Position numbers and translations under genes: made by a program. Positions 18,691 through 29,599 of a DNA stretch of 63,831 bases are shown here, one piece after another. Where the stretch lies: positions 1-63,831 of the forward strand of contig JBAZWO010000007.1 in assembly GCA_041660305.1 (NCBI GenBank), in the 5' to 3' direction. The first letter of the stretch is position 1. Every line of letters starts with the position of its first letter. The notes beneath the pieces were generated by a model. The model was not told the origin of the DNA and ran no database searches. It saw nothing but the letters and a program-made list of their open reading frames with translations. The DNA comes from Patescibacteria group bacterium (lineage in GTDB: Bacteria; Patescibacteriota; Patescibacteriia; UBA9570).

Positions 18691-18748
18691 AAAAAATTAA
18701 TTAATAATTTGTTCTAATAAAATTGAAATTATTATAACTTATTTACGA

Positions 18749-19951
18749 TTATTTACAATATGCTTCCAGGGCTATGCGCAGAATTGTTAAAGCTTTACGT
18801 AAATCGGCACAATTTAACATGAATGCCAAACGCACTTCGCTAACACCTTTACCAGGAGTAGCATAAAAACCAGCGGCCGGTGCTAATAATACTGTTTCGT
18901 TATGATACTCAAATTCTTCAATTAACCACCGCGCAAATTCATCTGCATCTTTCACCGGCAAACCAATTACAATGTAAAACGCCCCTTCTGGTTTTGAAAA
19001 AGTAATATTTGGAATCTTATTTAATTCACGAATAACTACTTCGCGCCGTTTTCTAAATTCTGTCACAATTGGTTTGGTATACTTAGCGGCCTGTTTTAAC
19101 AACGGTATAATTGCTAATTGTTCTATGGTAGCCACAGATAATCTAGCCATGGCCATTTTTACCGTGGCAGTAATTACCGCTTTATTTTTGCTACCTAAAA
19201 TACCAATTCTTGCCCCACACACGTTAAATCGTTTCGAAGCGCTATCTAACAAAATAGCTTGTTGTCTAATTTCCGGAAATTCCATAATGGAATACGCTTT
19301 GCGTTCAAAGGCAAATTCACGATACGCTTCATCCGATAAAATAAACAAGCCGTATTGTTTGGCAAGGTTTACTAAACGCTGTAATTCTGGTTTTGAAAAA
19401 ATCGTGCCAGTGGGATTAGATGGATTACAAATTAAAATGGCTTTGGTTCGTTTAGAAATTGCCTGTTTAATTTGTTTATCTGTTGGTAAATGAAAACCAG
19501 CTTTAATATCTAGTGTTACTGGCACTAATTTAACATTCGCTTCGGCCGCAAAGGTGTTGTAGTTGGTGTAAAATGGCTCAAACACAAGCACTTCATCATT
19601 AGGATCACACACGGTTTCTAACGCAAAAATAATTGCCTCTGACCCACCGGTAGTAATCACTAATTCGTTGGCCGCTAATTTAATATTTTGGCTTTTATAA
19701 TACGTAGACCAAGCTTCCAATGCTTCGTTAATTCCATTTGATGGTGCATAAGCCAAGGTACTTTCTTTAAAAGACCGCAAGGCTTTAAACACGGCTGGAT
19801 TGGTTGGTAAATCCGGCTGACCAATATTTAAATGATAAACTTTTACACCGGCTTTCTTTCTGGTTTCCGCACTGGCCGCTAATTTCCGTAAAGGTGAGGC
19901 TTGAAATTTTTGTGCTCGTTTAGCAATAGTTGGTAATGATAATGTAGTCAT
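18749..19951 (-). CDS. Class I/II pyridoxal-phosphate aminotransferase (aspartate aminotransferase-like)
   Basis: SASKRFNVCGARIG PLP-lysine motif. NPSNPTG motif. Confidence 0.85.
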   Translation of the reverse strand: MTTLSLPTIAKRAQKFQASPLRKLAASAETRKKAGVKVYHLNIGQPDLPTNPAVFKALRSFKESTLAYAPSNGINEALEAWSTYYKSQNIKLAANELVITTGGSEAIIFALETVCDPNDEVLVFEPFYTNYNTFAAEANVKLVPVTLDIKAGFHLPTDKQIKQAISKRTKAILICNPSNPTGTIFSKPELQRLVNLAKQYGLFILSDEAYREFAFERKAYSIMEFPEIRQQAILLDSASKRFNVCGARIGILGSKNKAVITATVKMAMARLSVATIEQLAIIPLLKQAAKYTKPIVTEFRKRREVVIRELNKIPNITFSKPEGAFYIVIGLPVKDADEFARWLIEEFEYHNETVLLAPAAGFYATPGKGVSEVRLAFMLNCADLRKALTILRIALEAYCK

Positions 19952-19955
19952 GAAA

Positions 19956-20276
19956 TTACATGAATTTATTTAATACGGCCGTCAGATGCTCTTTGCTCTG
20001 CACACCAACCATTTGTTCAGCTGGTTTCCCATCTTTAAACACAATAATTGTTGGCACGCTCATAATTTGGTATTGCGCTGGTACCGTTTGATTGGCATCT
20101 ACTTCCAATTTACCAATTACCACATTTTTACCCTCAAAATCTTTAGCTAATTCTTCTACAATTGGCCCAAGCATTTTACATGGTCCACACCAGCTTGCCC
20201 AAAAATCCACTAATACTGGTTTTGAAGCGTTTAGTACTTCTTGTTGAAAATTCTGATCGTTTAGTTCTTTAAGCAT
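19956..20276 (-). CDS. trxA: Thioredoxin
   Basis: WCGPCK active site, 106 aa. Confidence 0.93.
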   Translation of the reverse strand: MLKELNDQNFQQEVLNASKPVLVDFWASWCGPCKMLGPIVEELAKDFEGKNVVIGKLEVDANQTVPAQYQIMSVPTIIVFKDGKPAEQMVGVQSKEHLTAVLNKFM

Positions 20277-20396
20277 ATAATTAATGTTATAACTATTTAA
20301 TCTTTAGGCTTTTTATACTATCATACTTTGTAATATCTTGAACAGAAAAAAATATGATAAATATAATTATTTTACGACTCTTATAATTGTTTTTAA

Positions 20397-21020
20397 TTAG
20401 TAATTATTAAATAATTTATTTCCTATTCTAATAATCGTAGCTCCTTCTTCCACAGCCAAATCCCAATCAGCACTCATGCCCATTGATAATTCTTTTAAGC
20501 AATGTTTTATTTGTAACTGTTTCATTTTTTTAAAATCTTGTTTAACTGCTTCTTTAGTTTGCTTGGCGGTAATAGTCATTAAGCCTAAAAGTTCCACGTG
20601 GAACATTTTATGACAATGTTCTATCGCTTTATTTAATTCAGACACCATAAAACCATGTTTATTTGGATCATTACTGATATTTACCTGTAAAAATATTGGA
20701 TATTTTTGATATCGTAGAGACATTGCATGCAATGTCTCTACAGACTTATCAATAATATTAATCAATTTTAATGAATCAACACTTTCAATACAATCAAACG
20801 CTTCAATAATCTCCTTAGCTTTATTAGTTTGTACATGTCCAATAAAATGTTTTGGTATATTTTTAGGATAATAATCAATTTTTTGTTTAGCTTCTTGCCA
20901 ACGGCTTTCGCCAATTAATTTGACTGAGTGTTGTTTAATAACATTATTAATAGCTAAAACTGACTGGTTTTTGGTAACAACCATTAATTTAACGTGTTCT
21001 GGCAAGTGAAGTAAATCCAT
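20397..21020 (-). CDS. yggS: YggS-family PLP-binding protein
   Basis: VVTK PLP-lysine and MGMSADW motifs. The ORF track starts at TTG 21026, with ATG 21020 preferred. The N-terminus is short for the family. Confidence 0.75.
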   Translation of the reverse strand: MDLLHLPEHVKLMVVTKNQSVLAINNVIKQHSVKLIGESRWQEAKQKIDYYPKNIPKHFIGHVQTNKAKEIIEAFDCIESVDSLKLINIIDKSVETLHAMSLRYQKYPIFLQVNISNDPNKHGFMVSELNKAIEHCHKMFHVELLGLMTITAKQTKEAVKQDFKKMKQLQIKHCLKELSMGMSADWDLAVEEGATIIRIGNKLFNNY

Positions 21021-21050
21021 GAGCAAAAGCGATGATTTATAAATATGAAA

Positions 21051-21126
21051 TGGTGGACCCTAGGAGTCTCGAACTCCTGACCTCATCCATGCCATGGATG
21101 CGCTCTACCAACTGAGCTAAGAGCCC
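21051..21126 (-). tRNA. tRNA-Ala (anticodon GGC), CCA encoded
   Basis: Manual cloverleaf: acceptor GGGCTCT with G3:U70, anticodon loop ATGGCAT, T-loop TTCGAGA. Confidence 0.9.
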
Positions 21127-21185
21127 TCAAAACACAACCTATTTTACTAGCAATACCTTCCTGTGTCAAAAACAGGGGATGAATT

Positions 21186-21203
21186 TTGTTCCACGTGGAA
21201 CAA
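21186..21203. repeat. 18-bp perfect palindrome TTGTTCCACGTGGAACAA
   Basis: Lies between the two tRNA genes. Its 14-nt core GTTCCACGTGGAAC recurs at 20591-20604. Confidence 0.8.
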
Positions 21204-21221
21204 TTATAACAAGTCAATTCG

Positions 21222-21293
21222 TGCCCCTAGTATGAATCGAACATACATCTATCCCTTAGGACGGGACTGTTCTATCCATTGAACTATAGGGGC
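21222..21293 (-). tRNA. tRNA-Arg (anticodon CCU)
   Basis: Manual cloverleaf: acceptor GCCCCTA/TAGGGGC, anticodon loop GTCCTAA, T-arm GTATG-TTCGATT-CATAC. No encoded CCA. Confidence 0.85.
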
Positions 21294-21327
21294 TTATTAT
21301 CTATTATTAGATTATTTTTAGTGTCGT

Positions 21328-21540
21328 TTAATTATTTAATAGAAAATGATAAAAGCGTTCAGCCGATATTCCCACCCAATTATTGGTTCTATCAAAATAA
21401 TATAAAATAAATAACCCGCTGATTAACACTGTTAGTAAAATAAAAAACCAAATTAAATCCTGTTTAACATATTTTTGCAAATTAACTGTTGGCTGATGAT
21501 TCATAATTATTAATAATATATTTCTTAATGTAACTAACAT
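21328..21540 (-). CDS. Hypothetical small membrane protein
   Basis: ORF track. One clear hydrophobic helix. Confidence 0.35.
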   Translation of the reverse strand: MLVTLRNILLIIMNHQPTVNLQKYVKQDLIWFFILLTVLISGLFILYYFDRTNNWVGISAERFYHFLLNN

Positions 21541-21631
21541 ATCCTATCCAACAAAATAAAACAATGCATTCGCCGCCAACATATGCTAAAATAGGTTTAG
21601 TTAAATTAAATAAAGAATAATTTTTTTCATT

Positions 21632-22021
21632 ATGGCAAAAATGTTCGCTTCAACTAAGGAGGAAGGCACTAACGAAATTAATCAAACAATTTTCGGTGAA
21701 TCAATTAAAATTGAAGGCACTGTATCTGGTACTAATAATATCGTGATACATGGTGATGTGATTGGCACTTTAAAAACCACCGGTGATTTGTTTATTAAAG
21801 ATACTTCAACTATTAAAGCTAATGTTGAAGCTAATGATATTGTGTTAGCTGGCACCATACATGGCAATGTCAATAGCACAGGAAAATTACACATTCATGC
21901 CAGTGGAAAAATTTACGGCGACGTGACCGCTGCTAATATTGCCGTAGAAACTGGTGCCTTAATTAAAGGGCAATGTAATGTAGGGCCAGATACTATCACG
22001 GCTAACGATTCGGCTGTATAA
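21632..22021 (+). CDS. Bactofilin-family cytoskeletal protein
   Basis: Repetitive beta-helix pattern (I.G.V.G...I.G.V) typical of bactofilins. Confidence 0.8.
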   Translation: MAKMFASTKEEGTNEINQTIFGESIKIEGTVSGTNNIVIHGDVIGTLKTTGDLFIKDTSTIKANVEANDIVLAGTIHGNVNSTGKLHIHASGKIYGDVTAANIAVETGALIKGQCNVGPDTITANDSAV

Positions 22022-22039
22022 TAGTTTACTTAGGTTGTT

Positions 22040-22777
22040 ATGTTTTTTTATTTTTACGATACTTTTGTTACGCAAAACAAACACGCTGCTTTATTAAATC
22101 AAATAGAAAGTAGAATTATTGAGCTTGGTATTAATGGCCGCGTAGAAAAACTCACGGCTTTACGTAACATGAAAGAATTATTAGAAAGTGGTTTAAAACA
22201 AGGGGCTCATACTGTAGTAGTGTTAGGTAACGACAGCACGATGTTCCGTACAATTAATGTATTAGCTCAACACAGCCAGATTGCTTTAGGTTATATTCCT
22301 TTTCCTGATCCCACACCACTAGGACAATGGTTAGGTATTACTTCCGCTTTGGATGGTTGCAATGTTTTATCACGCCGCATTACTACAGTAACCAATTTAG
22401 CCAAAGCGAATCAAACGTTTTTCTTAGGTACCCTGACATTAAACGAGGCTCGCGATACCAAAATTAGATGTGATGACAAATTTGACGTAACTTGCCACGC
22501 TGATATTAATTCTGTGATCATTAGTAATTCTCACAGCAAATCACAAAAGCTGTTACTGGAAATTAAGCCAAGAAAAATTAAAACTGCTTTTTTATCTAAA
22601 CAAAATATTCCACAAACTGCCACAAAAATTTTAACTAATAAAATTATTATTAATCATTTAGAACAGCCCTTAGCCGTATTATTAGATAATGAAATTACTT
22701 TAAAAACACCTATAACCATCACGCTTAAGCCTAAGCAACTTAAATTAATCGTTGGAAAAAACCGCTTAATACGTTAA
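22040..22777 (+). CDS. Diacylglycerol/lipid kinase catalytic-domain-like protein with a degenerate glycine loop
   Basis: VVVLGNDSTMFRTINVL aligns with the GGDGT loop of DAGK_cat proteins, but reads GNDST. Confidence 0.5.
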   Translation: MFFYFYDTFVTQNKHAALLNQIESRIIELGINGRVEKLTALRNMKELLESGLKQGAHTVVVLGNDSTMFRTINVLAQHSQIALGYIPFPDPTPLGQWLGITSALDGCNVLSRRITTVTNLAKANQTFFLGTLTLNEARDTKIRCDDKFDVTCHADINSVIISNSHSKSQKLLLEIKPRKIKTAFLSKQNIPQTATKILTNKIIINHLEQPLAVLLDNEITLKTPITITLKPKQLKLIVGKNRLIR

Positions 22778-22822
22778 GCCTTAATTGACAGATCGTAAAA
22801 AAATCGCTACGGTAACCAGGTT

Positions 22823-24805
22823 ATGAATGTTTCTGAAATTATTCGCGAACTAAAAATGACCAAGGACGAGTTTTTCCCGCTAGTGGCTAAGCTTGGTTTT
22901 GCCGTAGGTGAACACGCTATTAAAGTAGATGATCGCATTGCCGTTAAATTAATTACTGCCATCAAACAACAACGTAAGCAGCAACAACATCAAAGCTTGT
23001 TTCGTCATGAAAAACAACCGGAAACTGCTAAGCTTGTTAGCATAAAAAAACGCGCCATAGAAGTAACCAATCCTATTACCACTAAATATTTTGCCGAATT
23101 GCTTGGCAAGCCCGTTACAGATGTAATTTCTCTATTGGTGAAAAATGGCATCATGGCCACCATCAACCAAAATTTGGATTTTGAAACAGTATCGATTGTA
23201 GCAGAAGATATGGGTTACACCGTTACGTTATCTGATACAAAAATTACCGAGGCCAAAGCCACTGTAGAACGTGAACAAAAACTACAAACCGCGTTACATG
23301 CCGACGCTGAAAAAAATTTAAAACCTCGTCCACCTGTAGTAGTAGTAATGGGTCACGTAGATCATGGTAAAACTAAATTATTAGATGCTATTCGTAATAC
23401 CGATGTAGTTAGCGAAGAAGCCGGTGGCATTACCCAAAGTATCGGCGCCTATACCATTGAACACAAAAATCAGGCCATTACTTTTATTGATACTCCTGGT
23501 CATGAGGCGTTTACCGCCATGCGTTCTCGTGGCGCCAACATTGCTGATTTAGCCGTGTTAGTGATTGCTGCCGACGATGGTATTAAACCACAAACTATTG
23601 AAGCCATTGAAATATTAGAAAAAGCTCAGTTGCCGTTTATTGTAGCCATTAATAAAATCGACAAACCAGAAGCCGATATTGAACACGTAAAAAAACAATT
23701 GTCTGAGCTTAATTTAACGCCTGAGGATTGGGGCGGAAAAACTATTTGTGTGCCGTTATCAGCCAAATCAAATTTGCATATCAATGATTTATTAGACATG
23801 ATTTTATTACTAACCGAAGTCAATCAAGACGCCATTAAAGCTAATGTTAATCGTTTGGCCGTTGGCACTATTATTGAAGCTCGGGTAGATAAAGACGCTG
23901 GCCCAGTAGCTACGGTATTAATTCAAACCGGCACATTAAAAATTAGCGACATTGTTGAAGTAGGTAATGTAGTTGGTAAAATACGCACCTTAAAATCTTG
24001 GAAAGGCATGCCGTTAACTAAGGCTACTCCTTCTATTCCAGTGCAGTTTTTGGGCTTAAAAGGCACTCCAACGGTCGGAGACATTTTATTAGCCACTACT
24101 GATAAACAAGTGTTAAAGCGCAAAAAAAATAAATCTTACCAAACGTTTTCTTATTTAAAACAAGCTTCCGAAAAAAACAGCGGTAAAACTCGGTTAAATA
24201 TAGTATTAAAAGCCGATACTTTTGGTTCGTTGGAAGCTTTAGTAGAATCATTACAAAAAATTACTCATTCTGAAATTGAAATTAACATTGTCAAACGTGG
24301 TTTAGGTAACTTTACGGAAAAAGATATTGATCAAGCCGTGGCTTCTAAAGCTAAACTTATCGGTTTTAATGTTACAGCTACTGCCGCGGCGGCTGATTAC
24401 GCATTAGGCACACAAACTACGGTATTAACCTTTTCTATTATTTATAAATTATTAGAACAAGTAGAGGTGTTTGCTGAAGAATTACTTACTCCGGAAATTG
24501 TTTATAATAAATTAGGCGAATTAAAAGTATTGGCTATTTTCCGCGCCAAAGCTAAAACTACTGTAGCCGGTGGTAAAGTATTGTCTGGCGTGATACAAAA
24601 TAAAGCCATTGCTAAAATTGTTCGCAACGGCAGTAAAATTGGTGAAGCCACTATTGTTCAACTACAAAGCAATAAACAAGATGTATCGGAAGTTACCACG
24701 AATAATGAATGTGGTTTTAAACTTGAAACCAACACCGAAATTAAAGTAAGTGACATATTAGAAATTTACAAAACCGAGGCACGCAAACGTAAATTACACG
24801 ATTAA
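22823..24805 (+). CDS. infB: Translation initiation factor IF-2
   Basis: [13 protein letters not shown] and NKID GTPase motifs. Confidence 0.93.
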   Translation: MNVSEIIRELKMTKDEFFPLVAKLGFAVGEHAIKVDDRIAVKLITAIKQQRKQQQHQSLFRHEKQPETAKLVSIKKRAIEVTNPITTKYFAELLGKPVTDVISLLVKNGIMATINQNLDFETVSIVAEDMGYTVTLSDTKITEAKATVEREQKLQTALHADAEKNLKPRPPVVVVMGHVDHGKTKLLDAIRNTDVVSEEAGGITQSIGAYTIEHKNQAITFIDTPGHEAFTAMRSRGANIADLAVLVIAADDGIKPQTIEAIEILEKAQLPFIVAINKIDKPEADIEHVKKQLSELNLTPEDWGGKTICVPLSAKSNLHINDLLDMILLLTEVNQDAIKANVNRLAVGTIIEARVDKDAGPVATVLIQTGTLKISDIVEVGNVVGKIRTLKSWKGMPLTKATPSIPVQFLGLKGTPTVGDILLATTDKQVLKRKKNKSYQTFSYLKQASEKNSGKTRLNIVLKADTFGSLEALVESLQKITHSEIEINIVKRGLGNFTEKDIDQAVASKAKLIGFNVTATAAAADYALGTQTTVLTFSIIYKLLEQVEVFAEELLTPEIVYNKLGELKVLAIFRAKAKTTVAGGKVLSGVIQNKAIAKIVRNGSKIGEATIVQLQSNKQDVSEVTTNNECGFKLETNTEIKVSDILEIYKTEARKRKLHD

Positions 24806-24811
24806 TAATGT

Positions 24812-25147
24812 ATGCCGGTAGATCGTCTGCGTCAAATTAACGAATTATTGCGCACAGAACTAGCTCGTGAGTTTAGGGCTGTACTAGAACTACCAACCAA
24901 TGTTGTAGTTAGTATAACCAAAGTTCGTACAGCTAAAGATTTGCATACTGCTACTATTTATTTATCAATTTTACCAGATAATTATACAGGCACCGCTTTA
25001 GCCTTGATTCATAAAAATTTCAGCAGAATCATAGAACAGGCTATTCCGCGCATAAAAATTCGCTGTGTACCTAAATTTAGAATATTACTAGACGAAACCG
25101 AACGTAAAGCAGCGCATATTGAAAAACTGCTTGACAGCTTAAAGTAA
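24812..25147 (+). CDS. rbfA: Ribosome-binding factor A
   Basis: Size, position directly after infB, and an N-terminal R..R....L basic pattern. Confidence 0.8.
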   Translation: MPVDRLRQINELLRTELAREFRAVLELPTNVVVSITKVRTAKDLHTATIYLSILPDNYTGTALALIHKNFSRIIEQAIPRIKIRCVPKFRILLDETERKAAHIEKLLDSLK

Positions 25148-25167
25148 AATCGCTACGCTTGTTCGTT

Positions 25168-26139
25168 ATGTCTATAACTTTACATAACGAAATTTTACGT
25201 ATTTTAACCAACGCTAAACATATAGCGTTGGTTTCTCATATAAAACCAGATGGTGATGCCTTAGGTTCTGTGTTAGCATTAGCGCATTACCTTGAAGCTA
25301 AACAGATTCCTGCTACTCTGTATAATCATGATGCTGTAGGAGATAATTTTAATTTTTTACCAAAAGCTCATTTAGTTGGATCGCATGCTCAATTATGGGA
25401 ACGAGCCGATTTAGACGTAATTGTTCTATTAGACTGCAGTTCACTTGGGCATAGTGGTGTGGCCGAACAAATTAAGCAACAACGTACTCGTACTACTATC
25501 ATTAACATCGATCATCATGCTAGTAATGATTATTACGGCCATATTAATTATGTATCTAGTCGCGCCTCGTCTACCTGTGAATTAGTATTTCAGTTATTGA
25601 GTACCGCCAAGTATTTTAACAAAATTATTGCCCAGTGTTTGTTAACTGGTTTAATTACTGATACCGGCGGTTTTTCTAATTTAGCCACCACACCCCAATC
25701 CATCAAAATTGCTGGTCAGTTACTAAATTATGGCATTAATTTACCAGCATTATCTAAAACTGTCCTGCAAAAACGTTCGTTTAATACTTTAAAATTATGG
25801 GGGCGGGCTTTAGAACGCCTGTACGAAGATCCAAAAACACACTTTATTACCACAGTAATTACTTTAGCCGATACGCAAGAATTAAATGTTACTGACGAGG
25901 CTATATCCGGCATTGCTAATTTTTTAAATAGTCTAGAAGACGCCTCTAATAAAGCGGTATTAGTTCTTAGTCAAACCAAAGTTAATGTTATAAAAGGTAG
26001 TTTGCGCACCACCAGCCCTTTGCTGGATGTAACAACGTTTGCTAAGCTATATGGAGGCGGTGGTCACAAAAAAGCCGCCGGCTTCACACTAACTGGAACA
26101 TTAACTTACACTAACCATGACTACACCATCACCCATTAA
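25168..26139 (+). CDS. nrnA: DHH/DHHA1 phosphoesterase (NrnA-like nanoRNase/pAp phosphatase)
   Basis: [12 protein letters not shown] and GGGH motifs. ATG 25168 is preferred over TTG 25159. Confidence 0.8.
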   Translation: MSITLHNEILRILTNAKHIALVSHIKPDGDALGSVLALAHYLEAKQIPATLYNHDAVGDNFNFLPKAHLVGSHAQLWERADLDVIVLLDCSSLGHSGVAEQIKQQRTRTTIINIDHHASNDYYGHINYVSSRASSTCELVFQLLSTAKYFNKIIAQCLLTGLITDTGGFSNLATTPQSIKIAGQLLNYGINLPALSKTVLQKRSFNTLKLWGRALERLYEDPKTHFITTVITLADTQELNVTDEAISGIANFLNSLEDASNKAVLVLSQTKVNVIKGSLRTTSPLLDVTTFAKLYGGGGHKKAAGFTLTGTLTYTNHDYTITH

Positions 26140-26719
26140 AGCCTTTAACTTAGTACCTACTGTAATAGAAAAAACCTCGTTCGGCGAACGCGTTTATGAT
26201 ATTTACTCTCGTTTATTAAAAGATCGAATTATCTTTTTAGGCACCGCCATTGATGATGCCGTAGCTAATTCAATTATCGCCCAAATGTTGTTTTTAGAAT
26301 CAGATAATCAGGCAGAAGATATTAAGCTATACATTCATTGTCCAGGTGGTTATGTTACCGCCGGTTTAGCTGTGTACGATACTATGCAATATGTTAAATG
26401 TGCTGTGTCTACCACCGTAGTAGGCAGCGCTTCGTCTATGGCCGCATTACTATTAGCTGGTGGCGCTCCCGGCAAGCGGTTTGCTTTGCCTAATGCCGAA
26501 ATTATGATTCATCAACCGCTTGGTGGCGCCGAAGGCCAGGCTTCTGATATCAAAATTAGAGCCGAACATATTCTATATAGCCGATCCGTTTTAAATAAAC
26601 TATTAGCCAAACATACTAAACAACCAATTAAACGCATTGAACAAGATACCGACCGCGATAAATTCATGACTCCTGCAGAAGCCAAAAAATACGGCATTAT
26701 CGATAAGATTATTGGGTAA
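26117..26719 (+). CDS. clpP: ATP-dependent Clp protease proteolytic subunit
   Basis: GSASSMAA (Ser), MIHQP (His) and a catalytic Asp context. Confidence 0.93.
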   Translation: MTTPSPIKAFNLVPTVIEKTSFGERVYDIYSRLLKDRIIFLGTAIDDAVANSIIAQMLFLESDNQAEDIKLYIHCPGGYVTAGLAVYDTMQYVKCAVSTTVVGSASSMAALLLAGGAPGKRFALPNAEIMIHQPLGGAEGQASDIKIRAEHILYSRSVLNKLLAKHTKQPIKRIEQDTDRDKFMTPAEAKKYGIIDKIIG

Positions 26720-26944
26720 AAACCGGTCTTTACATAAACACCGCTTTGTTGCTATAATTAATTTACCATTGAATATGGTAAATTTAATCAGAATTAAGTG
26801 TGCTTTTGGTAGATACACTGCAGAATAACCAGCATTTTCACTTTAAATAATACGTTTTTGGGCCAGTTTACAGGACAATTCAATTCAACTTGCCAACCGC
26901 AATAAAGTAATTTGCCTAGGTTTTTGCAATCTACCCATTATTAT

Positions 26945-28480
26945 ATGGAAATTATTTTAATTGTATTAGTATTTGTTTTTTTAGTCGCTGGTTTAGGTGG
27001 CGGTATTGCGCTTGGTTATTGGTATCGTAAGCAAGTGGCTTTGCGCACTCAAGATTCGGCCGAAGCTAAGGCTGAACATATCATTACCGAAGCCAAAAGT
27101 AAGCAGCAAGAATATTTATTAGCCGCCAAAGACAAGGCTATAAAAATCATGGAAGAAGCCAAGCGTGATGAAACCGAGCGCCGTCAGGAATTAATCCAAA
27201 GTCAACGCCGGTTAGAAAAACGCGAAAACATGTTCGATCAAAAGCTACTGGATTTAGAAAATAAACAACAACGTTTACAAGATAAGGCCAAAGAAATTGA
27301 ACAGATAAAAATCGAGATTCATAATATTAAAACTGAACAGCTAAAACAACTAGAACAAGTAGCTGGTATGGATAAAGCGGCGGCTCTGCAATTACTGGAA
27401 CAACGCGTCGAAGAACAATCCAAAGACGCTTTGTTTAGCCGGTTAAAAAAATTACAAGACCAAGGCAGTGAAGAAATTGAGCGCCAAGCTAAAGATTTAT
27501 TAACTGTTATTATTCAACGTTGTTCAACAAATCACACAGCCGAAACCACTACTACTGTAGTAGATTTACCGAACGATGAAATGAAAGGCAGAATTATTGG
27601 CAAAGAAGGCCGTAATATTAAACGCATTGAGGAATTAACCGGCGTTGAGGTATTAATTGATGATACTCCTCAAGCCATTGTTTTATCAGGCTTTTCACCA
27701 ATTCGCCGGCATTTAGCCAAGCGTGCCTTAGATGCTTTAATTGCTGACGGTAGAATTCATCCCGCTCGAATTGAAGAAGCGGTAGAACGCGCCAAAAAAG
27801 ATTTGGCACTAGATATTAAAAAGGCCGGCGAAGAAGCTTTGTATGAAGTAGGCGTAACTGGTTTTGAACCAAAATTAGTAGCTATTTTAGGTCGGTTAAA
27901 ATATCGCACCTCTTATGGCCAGAATGTTTTGCGCCATTCCATTGAAGTGGCCTTTTTATCTGCTATGCTAGCCGAACACTTGGGCGCTGACGTAGCTATT
28001 GCCAAAAAAGGTGGTTTATTGCACGATATTGGCAAAGCGGTAGATCAAGAAGTGCAGGGTACTCATCCAGAAATTGGCCGCGATATTCTTAAAAAATTTG
28101 GCATGTCTGATGCTATTATCGCTCCTGTCTTAAATCATCATGATGATTACCCACCTACCCTAGAAGCGATTATTGTAAAAGTAGCCGATGCTATTTCTGG
28201 TTCACGTACCGGTGCCCGCAAAGATTCTTATGAAAATTATATTCAGCGTCTTGAAGAACTAGAAGAAGTAGCCGCTTCATTTGCCGGCATTGAAAAAGTC
28301 TACGCTATTCAAGCCGGTAGAGAAGTACGCATATTCGTACGCCCAGAACAACTTGATGATTATGCCGCGGCTCAACTAGCTAAAAATATTGCTATAAAAA
28401 TTGAACAGGAATTAAAATACCCCGGAGAAATTAGAGTAAATGTAATTCGAGAAACTAGAGTAATAGAATATGCCCGCTAA
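26945..28480 (+). CDS. rny: Ribonuclease Y
   Basis: N-terminal TM helix, coiled coil, KH domain (GKEGRNIK) and HD domain (LHDIGK). ATG 26945 is preferred over TTG 26912. Confidence 0.9.
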   Translation: MEIILIVLVFVFLVAGLGGGIALGYWYRKQVALRTQDSAEAKAEHIITEAKSKQQEYLLAAKDKAIKIMEEAKRDETERRQELIQSQRRLEKRENMFDQKLLDLENKQQRLQDKAKEIEQIKIEIHNIKTEQLKQLEQVAGMDKAAALQLLEQRVEEQSKDALFSRLKKLQDQGSEEIERQAKDLLTVIIQRCSTNHTAETTTTVVDLPNDEMKGRIIGKEGRNIKRIEELTGVEVLIDDTPQAIVLSGFSPIRRHLAKRALDALIADGRIHPARIEEAVERAKKDLALDIKKAGEEALYEVGVTGFEPKLVAILGRLKYRTSYGQNVLRHSIEVAFLSAMLAEHLGADVAIAKKGGLLHDIGKAVDQEVQGTHPEIGRDILKKFGMSDAIIAPVLNHHDDYPPTLEAIIVKVADAISGSRTGARKDSYENYIQRLEELEEVAASFAGIEKVYAIQAGREVRIFVRPEQLDDYAAAQLAKNIAIKIEQELKYPGEIRVNVIRETRVIEYAR

Positions 28481-29279
28481 TTCATTGCATTTCCTATTAA
28501 TTGGTGATGTGGTAGGTAAAGCTGGCCGAGCAGCTGTAACCAAAATATTACCAGAATTACGCCAAAAATACCGGCCTGACGCTGTAATAATGAATGTGGA
28601 AAACTTAGCTCACGGTAACGGTATTACACCTGATACTATTACTGAAATGGAAAAAGCTGGCGCTGATTATTTTACCTCTGGCAATCATATTTGGGACAAT
28701 AAAGATGGCCTAGCTTATCTACAACAACAACACGCCAAAGTCATTCGACCAGCTAATCTGCCACTCAATAATCCAGGCAAAGGTTATTTAGAATTTTCTA
28801 TTGGCACCAGAAAAATACTGCTCATTAATTTAACTGGTCAAGTATTTATGCCACAGCAAGCCAATAATCCATTTCATTGTTTAGATGAAATTCTAAAACA
28901 ACATTCCGCTGAACAATATAGCGCCATTATTGTAGATTTACACGCCGAGGCTACTAGTGAAAAGCAGGCCTTGGCCGCTTATGCTGACGGTAGAATTTCT
29001 TTATTAATTGGTACACACACCCATGTTCCCACAGCTGATCTGCGTACGCTACCTAAGGGCACCGGCCTGGTATGTGATGTAGGTAGTGTTGTATCGGCTA
29101 ATTCCATTATTGGTGCCGAAGCTGATAAGGTATTATATCGCTTTTTAACCCAAATGCCTCAAAGCTTAACACCGGCTGAAAGTAGCCCTGTACTATTCAA
29201 TTCAGTATTGTGTGAAATAGACCCGGCTACTAAAAAAACCTTATCTTTAAAACGCATTGACCAACAAATCAACCTATAA
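28470..29279 (+). CDS. ymdB: YmdB-like metallophosphoesterase
   Basis: IGDVVGKAGR and NVENLAHG motifs. The conserved position after rny supports the call. Confidence 0.85.
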   Translation: MPANSLHFLLIGDVVGKAGRAAVTKILPELRQKYRPDAVIMNVENLAHGNGITPDTITEMEKAGADYFTSGNHIWDNKDGLAYLQQQHAKVIRPANLPLNNPGKGYLEFSIGTRKILLINLTGQVFMPQQANNPFHCLDEILKQHSAEQYSAIIVDLHAEATSEKQALAAYADGRISLLIGTHTHVPTADLRTLPKGTGLVCDVGSVVSANSIIGAEADKVLYRFLTQMPQSLTPAESSPVLFNSVLCEIDPATKKTLSLKRIDQQINL

Positions 29280-29293
29280 TATACTTATCATAT

Positions 29294-29599
29294 ATGAACA
29301 AAGCATCACTCATTGAAGCGATTTCCGAACGCGTTCGCCTAAATAAAAAAGCCGTTGAAAGTGTTTTAGACACCTTTGAGTTTGTCACTATTCAATGTCT
29401 ACAAGCTGGCGAAAGCGTTAATTTAACTGGTTTTGGTAAATTTTTGCCTCGGGTACGCACGGCTCGTGCCGCCGCTGATCCACAAAACCCTACGCAAAAA
29501 ATTCAAGTACCAACAGTTGTTGTGCCAAAATTTAAGGCCGGCAAAACACTGAAAGACGCTCTAAAACAAGCTAAATTAGCGAAACCCCAAGCGGAGTAA
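29294..29599 (+). CDS. hup: HU-family DNA-binding protein
   Basis: MNKASLIEAIS..., GFGKF and R.ARAA.DPQNP arm motif. Confidence 0.9.
   Translation: MNKASLIEAISERVRLNKKAVESVLDTFEFVTIQCLQAGESVNLTGFGKFLPRVRTARAAADPQNPTQKIQVPTVVVPKFKAGKTLKDALKQAKLAKPQAE

Noticed and set aside
26758-26783. 10-bp hairpin AATTTACCAT/ATGGTAAATT after clpP as a terminator.
   Set aside because: It is an A/T-only stem with no following T-tract. It is plausible but too weak to annotate.
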